Assembly: GCA_003556605.1 (NCBI GenBank)
Contig: PWQX01000086.1
Coordinates: 21,023 to 85,022 of the forward strand
Origin: Spirochaetaceae bacterium
GTDB lineage: Bacteria > Spirochaetota > Spirochaetia > DSM-27196 > SLAA01
Direction of reading: 5' to 3'
Length of the DNA: 64,000 nucleotides
The translations under genes and the position numbers were made by a program. The notes below the pieces were generated by a model, which was not told where the DNA came from, made no database searches, and worked only from the letters and a program-made list of their open reading frames with translations. Of the stretch, positions 17,685 through 27,171 are shown one piece after another. Position 1 is the stretch's first letter, and each line of letters starts with the position of its first letter.

Positions 17685-19445
17685 ATGAGCTCGGCACTCA
17701 GTGATGCGATCCGGGGGCTCGCACAAGACAAAGGTATCTCCGAGGAGCTGATTCACCGAACAATCGAGGAGTTTCTGCTCGCAGCGTATAAAAAGAAGTT
17801 CGGCACTTCCGACAACGCCGTGGTGAAGTTCGGTGATGACGAAGGTGAAGTCACGTTGTTCGCGCAGAAGCGCATCGTTGAAGACGTATACGACCCGGTG
17901 ACCGAGATAGAACTGGAAGAAGCGCTTGAGTACAACGACGAGTGTGAGATCGGCGACGAGCTGTTGATTGAGATCAATCCGCAGGAGTTCGACCGGACCG
18001 CAATTCAAAGCGCAAAGCAACGTGCCAAGCAGACTCTGCGAGAAATCCAGAAAGACACCTTGTACTCCGAGTTTAAGGACAAGGTAGGCGAGATGATCAT
18101 TGGGTACTACCAGCGTGAACGCAACGGTAATATTTTTGTTGATCTCGGGAAGACCGAAGGGATTCTTCCAAAACGCTACCAGTCGCCACGAGAGGTCTAC
18201 CGTCCGAATGATCGCATCAAAGCCTTAATTTACGAGGTCAATAAGGCTCCGACGGGTCTACAAATCGTCTTGTCGCGCACTCATACAGAGTTCGTTCGGC
18301 GCGTATTTGAGCTCGAAGTTCCCGAGATTTACGACAAGACCGTTGAGGTCTTCAAAATAGTTCGTGAGCCGGGGTATCGTACCAAGATTGCGGTGTACTC
18401 CAACCGCGAAGACGTTGATCCCGTGGGCGCGTGTGTCGGTATGCGGGGCGTGCGTATTCAAGCAATTGTCCGTGAGCTCGAAGGCGAAAAGATAGACATC
18501 TTGAAGTTCGATACCAACGTCCCCGAGTTCATTCGCAACGCCTTGTCGCCCGCCGAAGTGTCGCAAGTGGTGATCCTCGACGAAGCCAAGAAACAGGCGC
18601 TGGCAATTGTTCCGGAGTCGCAGTTATCGCTCGCGATCGGCAAGCAGGGCTTGAACGTGCGTCTTGCGAATCGGCTTGCCGATTGGAATATCGACGTCAA
18701 GACCGAGGTGCAGTTTGCCGAGATGGATGTCGTCGCCGGCTCTAAGCGCGCCGTGTCGCAGTTGTTCGGCGATTACGACAGCGAGGAGGACGAGATCACT
18801 ACTGTGGCCGAGTTACCCGACATTCCCAAACACGTGGCCGAAGCGCTTAAAGACTACGGCGTTGAGCTGATCGAGGATCTTGTTGCGCTCGGTGAAGACG
18901 GGTTGAGACAGATTGAGGCACTGTCAAACGAAGACGTGGAATTGGTCCAGCAGATTGTCGCCGACAACATTGAAATCATCGAGGGTGAAGAAGATGTTGA
19001 GGCTGAAGGTGAGGTCAAGACTGAAACCGAACCCGAAGAAGCGCCCCAGCCCGAAGAGCCGGCGGCGAAGACCGCCTCTGAGCGCGCCCGTGAGCGCATC
19101 GCCGCCGCCGAGCGCGAAGCGGCCCAGGCCGGTGTACAGCTTGATGAGACGCAAGAAGTCGCTGAAAGCGCCGAAGCGGACGAAGAGCAAGCCCGCACTG
19201 GTGAGGATGAAGAGCACGAGATTACTCGGATTGACGAGCTGCCGAATATCTCCAACAAGATCGTGGCGGCGCTCGAGCATCACGGAGTTGAGCAGATTGT
19301 AGACTTATTGAACCTCAACGAATCCGAGCTGCGCCGCATAGCAGGGCTCGATGAAAACGACGTCGAGCAGATTCGAGAAATCATTGCCGACAGTGTTGAG
19401 ATTATCGAGCAGGATGAGGAAGATGGCGAAGAGGTCTCGTCGTGA
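17685..19445 (+). CDS. nusA: transcription termination/antitermination factor NusA with two C-terminal HhH repeat modules
   Basis: S1 domain, KH motifs (GACVGMRGVRIQAI; AIGKQGLNVRLA), then two similar ~65-aa modules separated by an acidic linker. Confidence 0.95.
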   Translation: MSSALSDAIRGLAQDKGISEELIHRTIEEFLLAAYKKKFGTSDNAVVKFGDDEGEVTLFAQKRIVEDVYDPVTEIELEEALEYNDECEIGDELLIEINPQEFDRTAIQSAKQRAKQTLREIQKDTLYSEFKDKVGEMIIGYYQRERNGNIFVDLGKTEGILPKRYQSPREVYRPNDRIKALIYEVNKAPTGLQIVLSRTHTEFVRRVFELEVPEIYDKTVEVFKIVREPGYRTKIAVYSNREDVDPVGACVGMRGVRIQAIVRELEGEKIDILKFDTNVPEFIRNALSPAEVSQVVILDEAKKQALAIVPESQLSLAIGKQGLNVRLANRLADWNIDVKTEVQFAEMDVVAGSKRAVSQLFGDYDSEEDEITTVAELPDIPKHVAEALKDYGVELIEDLVALGEDGLRQIEALSNEDVELVQQIVADNIEIIEGEEDVEAEGEVKTETEPEEAPQPEEPAAKTASERARERIAAAEREAAQAGVQLDETQEVAESAEADEEQARTGEDEEHEITRIDELPNISNKIVAALEHHGVEQIVDLLNLNESELRRIAGLDENDVEQIREIIADSVEIIEQDEEDGEEVSS

Positions 19446-19475
19446 GATGAGACGGCTATAGTGAAAAGGTGAGTT

Positions 19476-22052
19476 ATGGCGGAAGAAGATCAAGAGAAGA
19501 AAGAGCAAAAGCGGAAAGCAACACTGATAAAGCACAAGAAAGAAGAGCCGCAGACAGAGAAGACGGACCAGACGGGAGAGAAGCCCGACAAAAAGAAGGT
19601 CCGGGTGGTCGTGAAACGTAAACCTAAGACTACCGCTCCGTCGTCGGCCGAGGTCGGGCAATCTTCCGTACAACGCACTGCTTCTGAGACCGACGGCACC
19701 GAGGGTGCAATTGCGCCCGAACGTCCCTCGGAAAGTCAGCAGCCGCAGCATGTCCAAGAACAGCAGCAACGTGAGGAAGGCACCCGGCAGCAAGAGGTCG
19801 CGCGCGAGCGGCCTGACACCCGCTCTGAGGGCGCGCCGCCGCAAGCCCGCGGCCCCTCGCGCCCCGAAGACGGCGGCGATCACAGGCGTCGTCCCAGTGA
19901 CAGGCAGCCGGCCGACAGGCTGGGCAGCGGTCCTCACACTCGCGCAGGCGAAACCGGACGCGGTTCGGGAGCGCCGGGCGGAGCACGCAGCGGCGGTTTC
20001 CCCGGCTCAGGCGGCCCGCAACGCGGCAGCGGCGGGCCGCGCTCCGGCGCACCGTCCGGCCGTGGCCCCGGAAGCGCTGCCGGACGCGGACCGGGCGGTC
20101 GCCCAGGCGGTCCTTCCCGCGGCGCCGAAGCCCCGCCGCGACAGACCGGCGACAGTAAGACCGGAGGCCCCAAGCGCTTCTATCGCTCTAAACGTAAAGA
20201 GTATGCATCAAAGAAAGAACGTGAGCGCGAGAAGCAGATTCAGGTGAAGCAGCGCAAGCCGGTTGTGAAGGCTAACCCTGTACCCAAAGAGATCGATATC
20301 ATGGAGGTGATCACCGTATCCGAGCTTGCGAAGAAGATGAACCTCAAGGCCTCGGATCTGATTTCGAAACTGATGTCGATGGGTATGATGGTTACTATCA
20401 ATCAGCAGATAGATGCCGAAACGGCCGAAATACTCGCCGCGGAGTACGGCTGCAAGGTCAGGATTGTGTCTCTGTACGATGAAACCATCATCGAGACCGA
20501 GAAAGATCAAGAGAGCGACATGGAAGCGCGTTCGCCGATCGTGACCGTGATGGGCCACGTGGACCATGGGAAAACCAAACTGCTGGATGCCATTCGTGCA
20601 ACCGACGTAGTAGCCGGTGAGTTCGGCGGCATAACCCAGCACATCGGTGCCTATCAGGTTGAGATTCCGCAGGGACGTTTGACTTTTCTCGACACGCCGG
20701 GGCACGAGGCGTTTACCTTGATGCGCTCGCGTGGAGCGCAGATCACCGATATCGTAATCCTCGTAGTGGCCGCTAACGACGGCGTGATGCCGCAGACAGT
20801 TGAAGCGGTTCATCACGCTAAAGAAGCCGGCGTTCCCATAATCGTCGCGATCAACAAGATAGACCTGCCGAGCGCTAACCCCGATCGTGTCAAGCAGCAG
20901 CTATCGGAGCACGGCCTTGTGCCCGAGGATTGGGGTGGAAACACCATGTATCTCGAGGTTTCGGCGCTGCAGCGCGAGGGGATCGAAGGGCTGCTTGAAG
21001 CGGTGATGCTTCAGGCGGAGGTGCTTGAGCTCAAGGCAAACTATAGCTGTAAGGCCGAGGGTAAGGTCATCGAATCCAAGATCGACCCGGGCCGCGGGAC
21101 GGTTGCCACGGTCCTCATTGAGCGCGGCACGCTAAATATCGGCGACTCGTTCGTTGCGGGAATCTATCCCGGTAAGGTGCGGGCGATGTTCGACGACCGC
21201 GGCGTCAAAGTGGAGTCGGCGAAACCGTCGATGCCCGTGGAGATCCTCGGGTTTACGGGGATACCCGATGCCGGCGACCCGTTCCAGGTGACCGCAAACG
21301 AAAAGGTCGCGCGCCAGATCGGCGACAAGCGGCAGGAGCTGAAAAAGGTAGAGGTCGCTAAGAACGTCAAGAAGATCACGCTTGACAACCTATACGACAG
21401 CATCCAAGAAGGTGAGATTCAGGAGCTCAAGGTCATTATCAAAGGCGACGTACACGGATCGGTCGAGGCGTTACAGTCATCGTTGGAACGGCTCTCAACC
21501 GCAGAGATTCGCCTCTCGGTTATTCACGCCGCCGCCGGCGCGATTAACGAAAACGACGTAATGCTCGCTGCGGCCTCAAACGCAATCATCATCGGTTTCC
21601 ATGTACGACCCACGCCGCGAGCAGGAGCGGTGGCCGAGCAGGAGAAGGTGGAGATTCGCAAGTATAGTATCATCTATGACGCGGTCGACGACATTACGAA
21701 CGCAATGGAAGGTATGTTGCAGCCGGACATCAGTGAAGAGGTTATCGGCCAAGCCGAGGTTCGCGACACCTTCAAAGTGCCGAGAATGGGCACAATTGCC
21801 GGCTGTTACGTGGCCTCGGGCAAAGTGCGACGCAACGCACACGCGCACCTCATCCGCGACGGTATCCAGGTCTTCAGCGGTAAGATAGGCTCACTGAAAC
21901 GGTTTAAGGATGACGCGCGTGAGGTTGAAAGCGGTTACGAGTGCGGAGTGGGCCTCGAGAACTACAACGACATCAAAGTTGGCGACGTGATTGAGGTGAT
22001 TGAATACAAAGAAATTGCCAAGACGCTCGATAAAGCGGGGTCGGAGGATTGA
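19476..22052 (+). CDS. infB: translation initiation factor IF-2
   Basis: G-domain motifs [24 protein letters not shown]. Low-complexity G/R/P-rich N-terminal region. 858 aa. Confidence 0.97.
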   Translation: MAEEDQEKKEQKRKATLIKHKKEEPQTEKTDQTGEKPDKKKVRVVVKRKPKTTAPSSAEVGQSSVQRTASETDGTEGAIAPERPSESQQPQHVQEQQQREEGTRQQEVARERPDTRSEGAPPQARGPSRPEDGGDHRRRPSDRQPADRLGSGPHTRAGETGRGSGAPGGARSGGFPGSGGPQRGSGGPRSGAPSGRGPGSAAGRGPGGRPGGPSRGAEAPPRQTGDSKTGGPKRFYRSKRKEYASKKEREREKQIQVKQRKPVVKANPVPKEIDIMEVITVSELAKKMNLKASDLISKLMSMGMMVTINQQIDAETAEILAAEYGCKVRIVSLYDETIIETEKDQESDMEARSPIVTVMGHVDHGKTKLLDAIRATDVVAGEFGGITQHIGAYQVEIPQGRLTFLDTPGHEAFTLMRSRGAQITDIVILVVAANDGVMPQTVEAVHHAKEAGVPIIVAINKIDLPSANPDRVKQQLSEHGLVPEDWGGNTMYLEVSALQREGIEGLLEAVMLQAEVLELKANYSCKAEGKVIESKIDPGRGTVATVLIERGTLNIGDSFVAGIYPGKVRAMFDDRGVKVESAKPSMPVEILGFTGIPDAGDPFQVTANEKVARQIGDKRQELKKVEVAKNVKKITLDNLYDSIQEGEIQELKVIIKGDVHGSVEALQSSLERLSTAEIRLSVIHAAAGAINENDVMLAAASNAIIIGFHVRPTPRAGAVAEQEKVEIRKYSIIYDAVDDITNAMEGMLQPDISEEVIGQAEVRDTFKVPRMGTIAGCYVASGKVRRNAHAHLIRDGIQVFSGKIGSLKRFKDDAREVESGYECGVGLENYNDIKVGDVIEVIEYKEIAKTLDKAGSED

Positions 22053-22065
22053 GGAAGACGGCTCG

Positions 22066-22413
22066 ATGTCTGAGTGGAGACTGAAGCGGGTCGAAAGTCA
22101 GTTGCTCGCCGAGCTCGCTACGCTCATTTTGAGCGGCGAGGTTCGGGATCCACGTATCTCGCAGCTCGTGACCGTGCTCGGCGTCACGGTCACAAAAGAC
22201 TTGAAGCACGCCAAAGTACGCGTAGGCGGGTTTCTCGAACCCGCGGCGTTGGAGAGAGCTGTTGCCGGGCTTAACAATGCCTCAGGATTCATGCAGAGCC
22301 GCATAGGCCGGCGCTTGAAGTATAAGTACACTCCGCAGTTAACCTTTGTAGCCGACCTGAGTGTTCGCGAGGGATACGAAGTTACCAGGAGGATAGAGGA
22401 ACTCGACCGGTGA
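22066..22413 (+). CDS. rbfA: ribosome-binding factor A
   Basis: RLKRVESQLLAELATLIL...VRDPRI...VTVTKDLKHAKV, typical of RbfA. Position after infB. The upstream-extended ORF was trimmed to ATG 22066. Confidence 0.9.
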   Translation: MSEWRLKRVESQLLAELATLILSGEVRDPRISQLVTVLGVTVTKDLKHAKVRVGGFLEPAALERAVAGLNNASGFMQSRIGRRLKYKYTPQLTFVADLSVREGYEVTRRIEELDR

Positions 22414-23309
22414 GCACCCCGCGTGACGGTCTCGTCTTATTGCACAAACCGGCCGAGATAACTTCGTTCCAAGTTCTCAAACCGGTAAAGGCGCGCCTGG
22501 AAACCGGCAAAGTGGGACATACCGGCACCCTCGATCGCTTTGCCGAGGGGCTGGTGATTGCGGTGGCCGGCGGATGCTTGCGCTTTGCACCGTACGTTAC
22601 GGCACTCGAGAAGGAGTACCGTGCCGTGGTGCAGTGTGGCACTGAAACCGCAACGCTTGATCCCGAAGGTGAAGTCACCGCCACAGCGCCGCTACCGTCG
22701 TGGGAACAATTGCGTTCGGCAGCTCAGCAGTTTCGTGGCGAGATCATGCAGAAGCCACCGCTATACTCTGCGATCAAACTCAGTGGTAAGCGCGCGTCGC
22801 AGCATACCCGCTCGGGAAACGTGCCGCACCTCGCCGAGCGCCGTGTCATGATCTACGATCTCGAGCTCTTGCGGTACGAGACGAGGGGTCGTCTCGAGCT
22901 TCGCGTGGTATGCGGCGCAGGTACTTATGTGCGCTCACTCGCCCGCGATCTGGCCTATGCGAGCGGTTCATGCGCGCATCTTATCGCGCTGCAGCGTACC
23001 CGCATCGGCGCGTTTCACTTGCGCGAGGCAGTAGTGCCGGAGGCTTTCGATCCCGGGCGTGATCTGTGGCATCCGGCACGGTTTCTTCCACAGCTCAACG
23101 GTATTACAACGCTGGTGGTCTCTAATGCGGTTGCCGAGCGCCTACTGCACGGAACTCCTCTACACCAGCCGTATTTTGCCGAGGTGCGTGCGCAGGTGTC
23201 CGACGATGGAGTGTTCGCTGTTTGCCGTGATGATGGCCGGTTCATCGCGCTCGTTGAGCGCGATGAAGGGATCTGGAAATATAGGTTCGTGAAGGCAATC
23301 GACCCGTGA
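22410..23309 (+). CDS. truB: tRNA pseudouridine(55) synthase TruB
   Basis: GLVLLHKP...TSFQVL and the catalytic-Asp motif GHTGTLDRFAEG. GTGA overlap with rbfA. Confidence 0.93.
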   Translation: MSTPRDGLVLLHKPAEITSFQVLKPVKARLETGKVGHTGTLDRFAEGLVIAVAGGCLRFAPYVTALEKEYRAVVQCGTETATLDPEGEVTATAPLPSWEQLRSAAQQFRGEIMQKPPLYSAIKLSGKRASQHTRSGNVPHLAERRVMIYDLELLRYETRGRLELRVVCGAGTYVRSLARDLAYASGSCAHLIALQRTRIGAFHLREAVVPEAFDPGRDLWHPARFLPQLNGITTLVVSNAVAERLLHGTPLHQPYFAEVRAQVSDDGVFAVCRDDGRFIALVERDEGIWKYRFVKAIDP

Positions 23310-24109
23310 GAGTACTGTCTTGGGAGCAGCTGATCGGCGCAGAGGTCGCCGTGAGCGAGCCGGTGGCGATGTCGATAGGGGTGTTCGACGGGGTGCATCG
23401 CGGGCATCGTTGTTTGATTGAGCTCATTCGCGGGTATGCGCACGACACAGTCCCGGCCGTGTTGACCTTTCGCCAGAATCCGGCACGCCGGCTGCGACCG
23501 CAGTACTATCACGGTGATGTTGAGAGCTTTCAACAACGCTTAGAAAAGCTCAAGCAGCTTGGAGTAACGACGGTGATCGCGGCTGAGTTCACCACGCAGT
23601 TTCAGCAACTCACCGGTGAGGAGTTTCTCGATCTGTTACGTGCGTGTTTACCACTGCGCTATCTCGCGATTGGACCGAACTTCCGCTGCGGGCGTGAGAT
23701 GCAGATGACCGCACGAGACGTCCGCCGCTACCTTGAGAACCTCGGCGTCAGGGTTGACATCGCTATCCCCGTTGTCGATAATGACATCAAACTGCCTGTA
23801 AGCAGCACAGTGATACGGCGAGCGGTGCTGGACGGCGAGTTGGAGCGCGTGCGACACCTTTTGGGAAGTGATTTTGAAGTGGATGTAGCTGATGTACCGC
23901 TACAACAACACGGTTCGCAGTGTCGTGTGCGCAAACGCGATTGTCTACAAGTTCTTCCGCAGACCGGCTTGTTTGAGGTGGAGCTGCTCGGCGGGGGCAG
24001 TACACATCGGGATACACTAGAGATAACGGAAAACCACTTCGGGTGGACACAAAACTGCAATACTACAGATCGTATTCGTTTTTTACGGCAACTCAAATCG
24101 CACGAGTAA
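23306..24109 (+). CDS. ribF: FAD synthetase (FMN adenylyltransferase) RibF with a short, divergent C-terminal domain
   Basis: N-terminal nucleotidyltransferase motif IGVFDGVHRGH. In the C-terminal ~85 aa I cannot see the riboflavin-kinase PTAN motif. Confidence 0.8.
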   Translation: MRVLSWEQLIGAEVAVSEPVAMSIGVFDGVHRGHRCLIELIRGYAHDTVPAVLTFRQNPARRLRPQYYHGDVESFQQRLEKLKQLGVTTVIAAEFTTQFQQLTGEEFLDLLRACLPLRYLAIGPNFRCGREMQMTARDVRRYLENLGVRVDIAIPVVDNDIKLPVSSTVIRRAVLDGELERVRHLLGSDFEVDVADVPLQQHGSQCRVRKRDCLQVLPQTGLFEVELLGGGSTHRDTLEITENHFGWTQNCNTTDRIRFLRQLKSHE

Positions 24110-24124
24110 TAAGGAGAACAATAG

Positions 24125-24394
24125 ATGCCGCTCAGTAAGGAAAAAAAGCACGAAATCATCGTCCAGTTCGGGAACGGCGAGCAGGATACCGGTAAGACCG
24201 AAGTTCAGATCGCTATGCTGACCACCCGCATTGAAGAGTTAACCGGGCACTTCAAAGCGCACAAGAAAGACCATCATTCCCGGCGCGGGTTGTTGAAGCT
24301 TGTCGGCCAACGGCGGCGCTTGCTCAAATACCTCCGGCGCAAAGATCTTGACGCGTACCGAGCTTTGATCAAGCAGCTCGGGCTCCGCAAATAG
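24125..24394 (+). CDS. rpsO: 30S ribosomal protein S15
   Basis: 89 aa. [29 protein letters not shown] signature. Confidence 0.97.
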   Translation: MPLSKEKKHEIIVQFGNGEQDTGKTEVQIAMLTTRIEELTGHFKAHKKDHHSRRGLLKLVGQRRRLLKYLRRKDLDAYRALIKQLGLRK

Positions 24395-24429
24395 CATATC
24401 GGAACAGTGAAGACAAGGATTAGGAAGTA

Positions 24430-26652
24430 ATGGAACGTATCTCAATACACATCGGAGACCAGGAGTTGGTTCTGGAAACCGGCAAGATGGCCAAGCAAGC
24501 CAACGGCTCAGTGTTTGCGACCTTGAAGGGCACTGCGGTCTTGGCGACCGTATGCTGCGGTAGCAAGATCGAGGAACGCGATTTTGTGCCGCTGCAGGTG
24601 GAATATAACGAGAAGTACTACGCGGCGGGTAAGATCCCGGGCGGTTTTCTGAAGCGCGAAGGGCGCCCCAAAGACAAAGAGATTCTGGTCTCTCGCCTGA
24701 TTGACCGCCCGATGCGGCCGTTGTTTTCCAAAGCGTTCAAGCGCGAGATTCAAGTGGTGCCCACCACCGTGTCGGCCGACCAGTCTAATCCACCGGACGT
24801 AGTGGCGATGGTTGCCGCCTCGGCAGCGGTGCATATTTCCGATGTTCCGTTCGACGGCCCAATCGGGGCAGTGCGCGTAACTCGGTTCAACGGCGAGTAC
24901 CTCATCAATCCCACCTTTGAGCAGACTGCGCGCGGCGAACTCGACATCATAGTGGCCGGCAGCGAGCACGGTATCATGATGGTGGAGGGCGGCGCGCATC
25001 AAGTGTCTGAAGAGGTGATGCTCGGCGCGATCGAGGCTGCGCGCGAACCGATCGCGCAGTTGTGTCGCATCCAAGAAGAGCTGCGCGCGAAGGTCGGCAA
25101 GGAAAAACTGCCGCTGGTGGAGGAGCCCCAGGAGCCGGCGATCGCCGAAAAGGTGCGCGAGTATCTGCGCCCGAAAGTCGCCGAGGCTACCTTTGTTGAA
25201 GGCAAGTTCGGCCGGTCGAATGCCTTGAAGGCGGTTTCCGAGGAGGCGCTGGAGCATTTTCGTGAAGAGATCGCTGAGGAAGACGAGCCGCAGTTCAGGA
25301 AGATTGTAGAAGAAGTTGAGCGCGAGGTCATGCGCAGCGCCATCGTCGAACGTAATGAGCGCTGCGACGGGCGCCGTCCGGAAGATATCCGGTCAATCAG
25401 CTGCGAAATCGATGTACTCAACCGGACGCACGGCTCGGCGCTGTTTACGCGCGGTGAGACGCAGGCGCTTGCAATCACAACGCTCGGTACCGTGTACGAC
25501 GAACAGATCATGGACGATCTCGAGGGCGACCGGCGCGAGCACTTCATGCTGCACTACAACTTCCCGCCGTTCTCGGTTGGCGAAACCGGCCGCCTGGGTA
25601 CCGGGCGCCGCGAAATCGGTCACGGGCATCTTGCGCATCGTGCGCTTGAGAACTTAGTTCCGACAAAGGAGGAGTTCCCGTACACCATTCGGGTTGTCTC
25701 GGAAGTGTTGGAGTCCAACGGCTCCTCCTCCATGGCGACCGTCTGCGGCGGTTCTCTGTCGCTAATGAACGCCGGCGTCCCAATTGCTAAAGCGGTAGCG
25801 GGAATAGCAATGGGTTTGGTCCAGGAAGGCGACACCACGGTGGTGCTGTCCGATATCCTCGGTGAAGAAGACCACCTCGGCGATATGGACTTCAAAGTTG
25901 CCGGGACGACAGACGGAATTACCGGTTTTCAGATGGACATCAAGATCGCGAACGTCAGCCAGGAGATCATGCGCGTAGCGCTCGAACAGGCGCGCAGCGG
26001 TCGCATGCACATTCTCGAGAAGATGAACGCAGTGATCGAGCGCCCGCGAGAGGCACTCTCGGAGCACGCTCCGCGTATTCTGAGTTTCAAGGTTGACACA
26101 GAAAAGATCGGCTTGCTGATTGGTCCGGGCGGCAAGACCATTAAGAGCATACAGGAAAAGCACGACGTCACCGTCAGCATAGAAGATACCGGCACCGTCA
26201 CGATATACTCTAAGGATAAGCCGGGCGCTGAGCACGCGAGAGAGGCGTTTCTGGCGCTGCTCGAAGAGCCGGAAGTCGGGAAGACGTATGACGGCGTGGT
26301 TCGGCGCATTGTGGATTTCGGCGCTTTTATCGAGTTTCTCCCGGGCAAAGAGGGGCTGTGTCATATATCGAAGATGGCGCCCGGCCGCGTGAACCAAGTG
26401 AGTGATGTTCTGCAAATGAACCAAGAGGTTCCGGTTAAGATTATTGAGATCGACAAAATGGGCCGCGTCAATCTCAGTCTGATCTACGATACCGATGAGG
26501 AAGAACGCGACTCGGGTTATCGTGATCGCGACCGTGAGAGGGTGCGAGAACAGCGCGACCGTGACGGTCGAGGACGAGGTGGTGACCGTGGCCGCGGTGG
26601 TCGCGGTGGCGACCGCGGAGAACGCGGTGGTGGACGACCCCGGCGCGATTGA
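24430..26652 (+). CDS. pnp: polyribonucleotide nucleotidyltransferase (PNPase) with an RGG/RD-rich C-terminal tail
   Basis: Two RNase PH domains (RPLFxxxF, FKVAGT), KH (GPGGKTIKSI), S1 (GVVRRIVDFGAFIEF), then ~50 aa of DRDRER...GRGRGGDRGRGGRGGDRGERGGGRPRRD. Confidence 0.97.
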   Translation: MERISIHIGDQELVLETGKMAKQANGSVFATLKGTAVLATVCCGSKIEERDFVPLQVEYNEKYYAAGKIPGGFLKREGRPKDKEILVSRLIDRPMRPLFSKAFKREIQVVPTTVSADQSNPPDVVAMVAASAAVHISDVPFDGPIGAVRVTRFNGEYLINPTFEQTARGELDIIVAGSEHGIMMVEGGAHQVSEEVMLGAIEAAREPIAQLCRIQEELRAKVGKEKLPLVEEPQEPAIAEKVREYLRPKVAEATFVEGKFGRSNALKAVSEEALEHFREEIAEEDEPQFRKIVEEVEREVMRSAIVERNERCDGRRPEDIRSISCEIDVLNRTHGSALFTRGETQALAITTLGTVYDEQIMDDLEGDRREHFMLHYNFPPFSVGETGRLGTGRREIGHGHLAHRALENLVPTKEEFPYTIRVVSEVLESNGSSSMATVCGGSLSLMNAGVPIAKAVAGIAMGLVQEGDTTVVLSDILGEEDHLGDMDFKVAGTTDGITGFQMDIKIANVSQEIMRVALEQARSGRMHILEKMNAVIERPREALSEHAPRILSFKVDTEKIGLLIGPGGKTIKSIQEKHDVTVSIEDTGTVTIYSKDKPGAEHAREAFLALLEEPEVGKTYDGVVRRIVDFGAFIEFLPGKEGLCHISKMAPGRVNQVSDVLQMNQEVPVKIIEIDKMGRVNLSLIYDTDEEERDSGYRDRDRERVREQRDRDGRGRGGDRGRGGRGGDRGERGGGRPRRD

Positions 26653-26684
26653 GCGCAGCCGGGAGGCCTGCGTGAGCTCTAGCT

Positions 26685-27116
26685 GTGGGCACGGTTGAGG
26701 TTCTGTACCGGTCGGAATCCGGCCTGCACCCCGAGTACTCCTCGGCAGATGCGGCCGGTGCCGACTTGAAGGCGGCGCAAGAAGTGCGAATCGCGCCGGG
26801 CGAGCGCCGGCTGGTTGGTACCGGGCTGCATATCGTGCTCCCCACCGGTTACGAGGCGCAGGTGCGGCCGCGCTCCGGTATAGCCTGGTCGTACGGTGTT
26901 ACCGTGCTGAACGCCCCCGGAACGATCGACGCCGATTATCGTGGCGAGATCAGGGTGATGCTCATTAATCACGGGGCTGAGGTCTTTGAGATTGCCCGCG
27001 GCGACCGTATTGCACAGCTGGTGATTGCGCCGGTAGAACGCGCGCGCTTTTTGTCGCAAGGTGAATTGCCGGAGTCCCAGCGAGGGGCCGGAGGCTTCGG
27101 TTCCACCGGCATTTAG
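26685..27116 (+). CDS. dut: dUTP diphosphatase
   Basis: Motifs [42 protein letters not shown] start. Confidence 0.92.
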   Translation: MGTVEVLYRSESGLHPEYSSADAAGADLKAAQEVRIAPGERRLVGTGLHIVLPTGYEAQVRPRSGIAWSYGVTVLNAPGTIDADYRGEIRVMLINHGAEVFEIARGDRIAQLVIAPVERARFLSQGELPESQRGAGGFGSTGI

Positions 27117-27171
27117 CCGGAGGCGAAGAAGTATATTGAAGGCACATAAGCCGATCAGCGGTTACGGCGTG

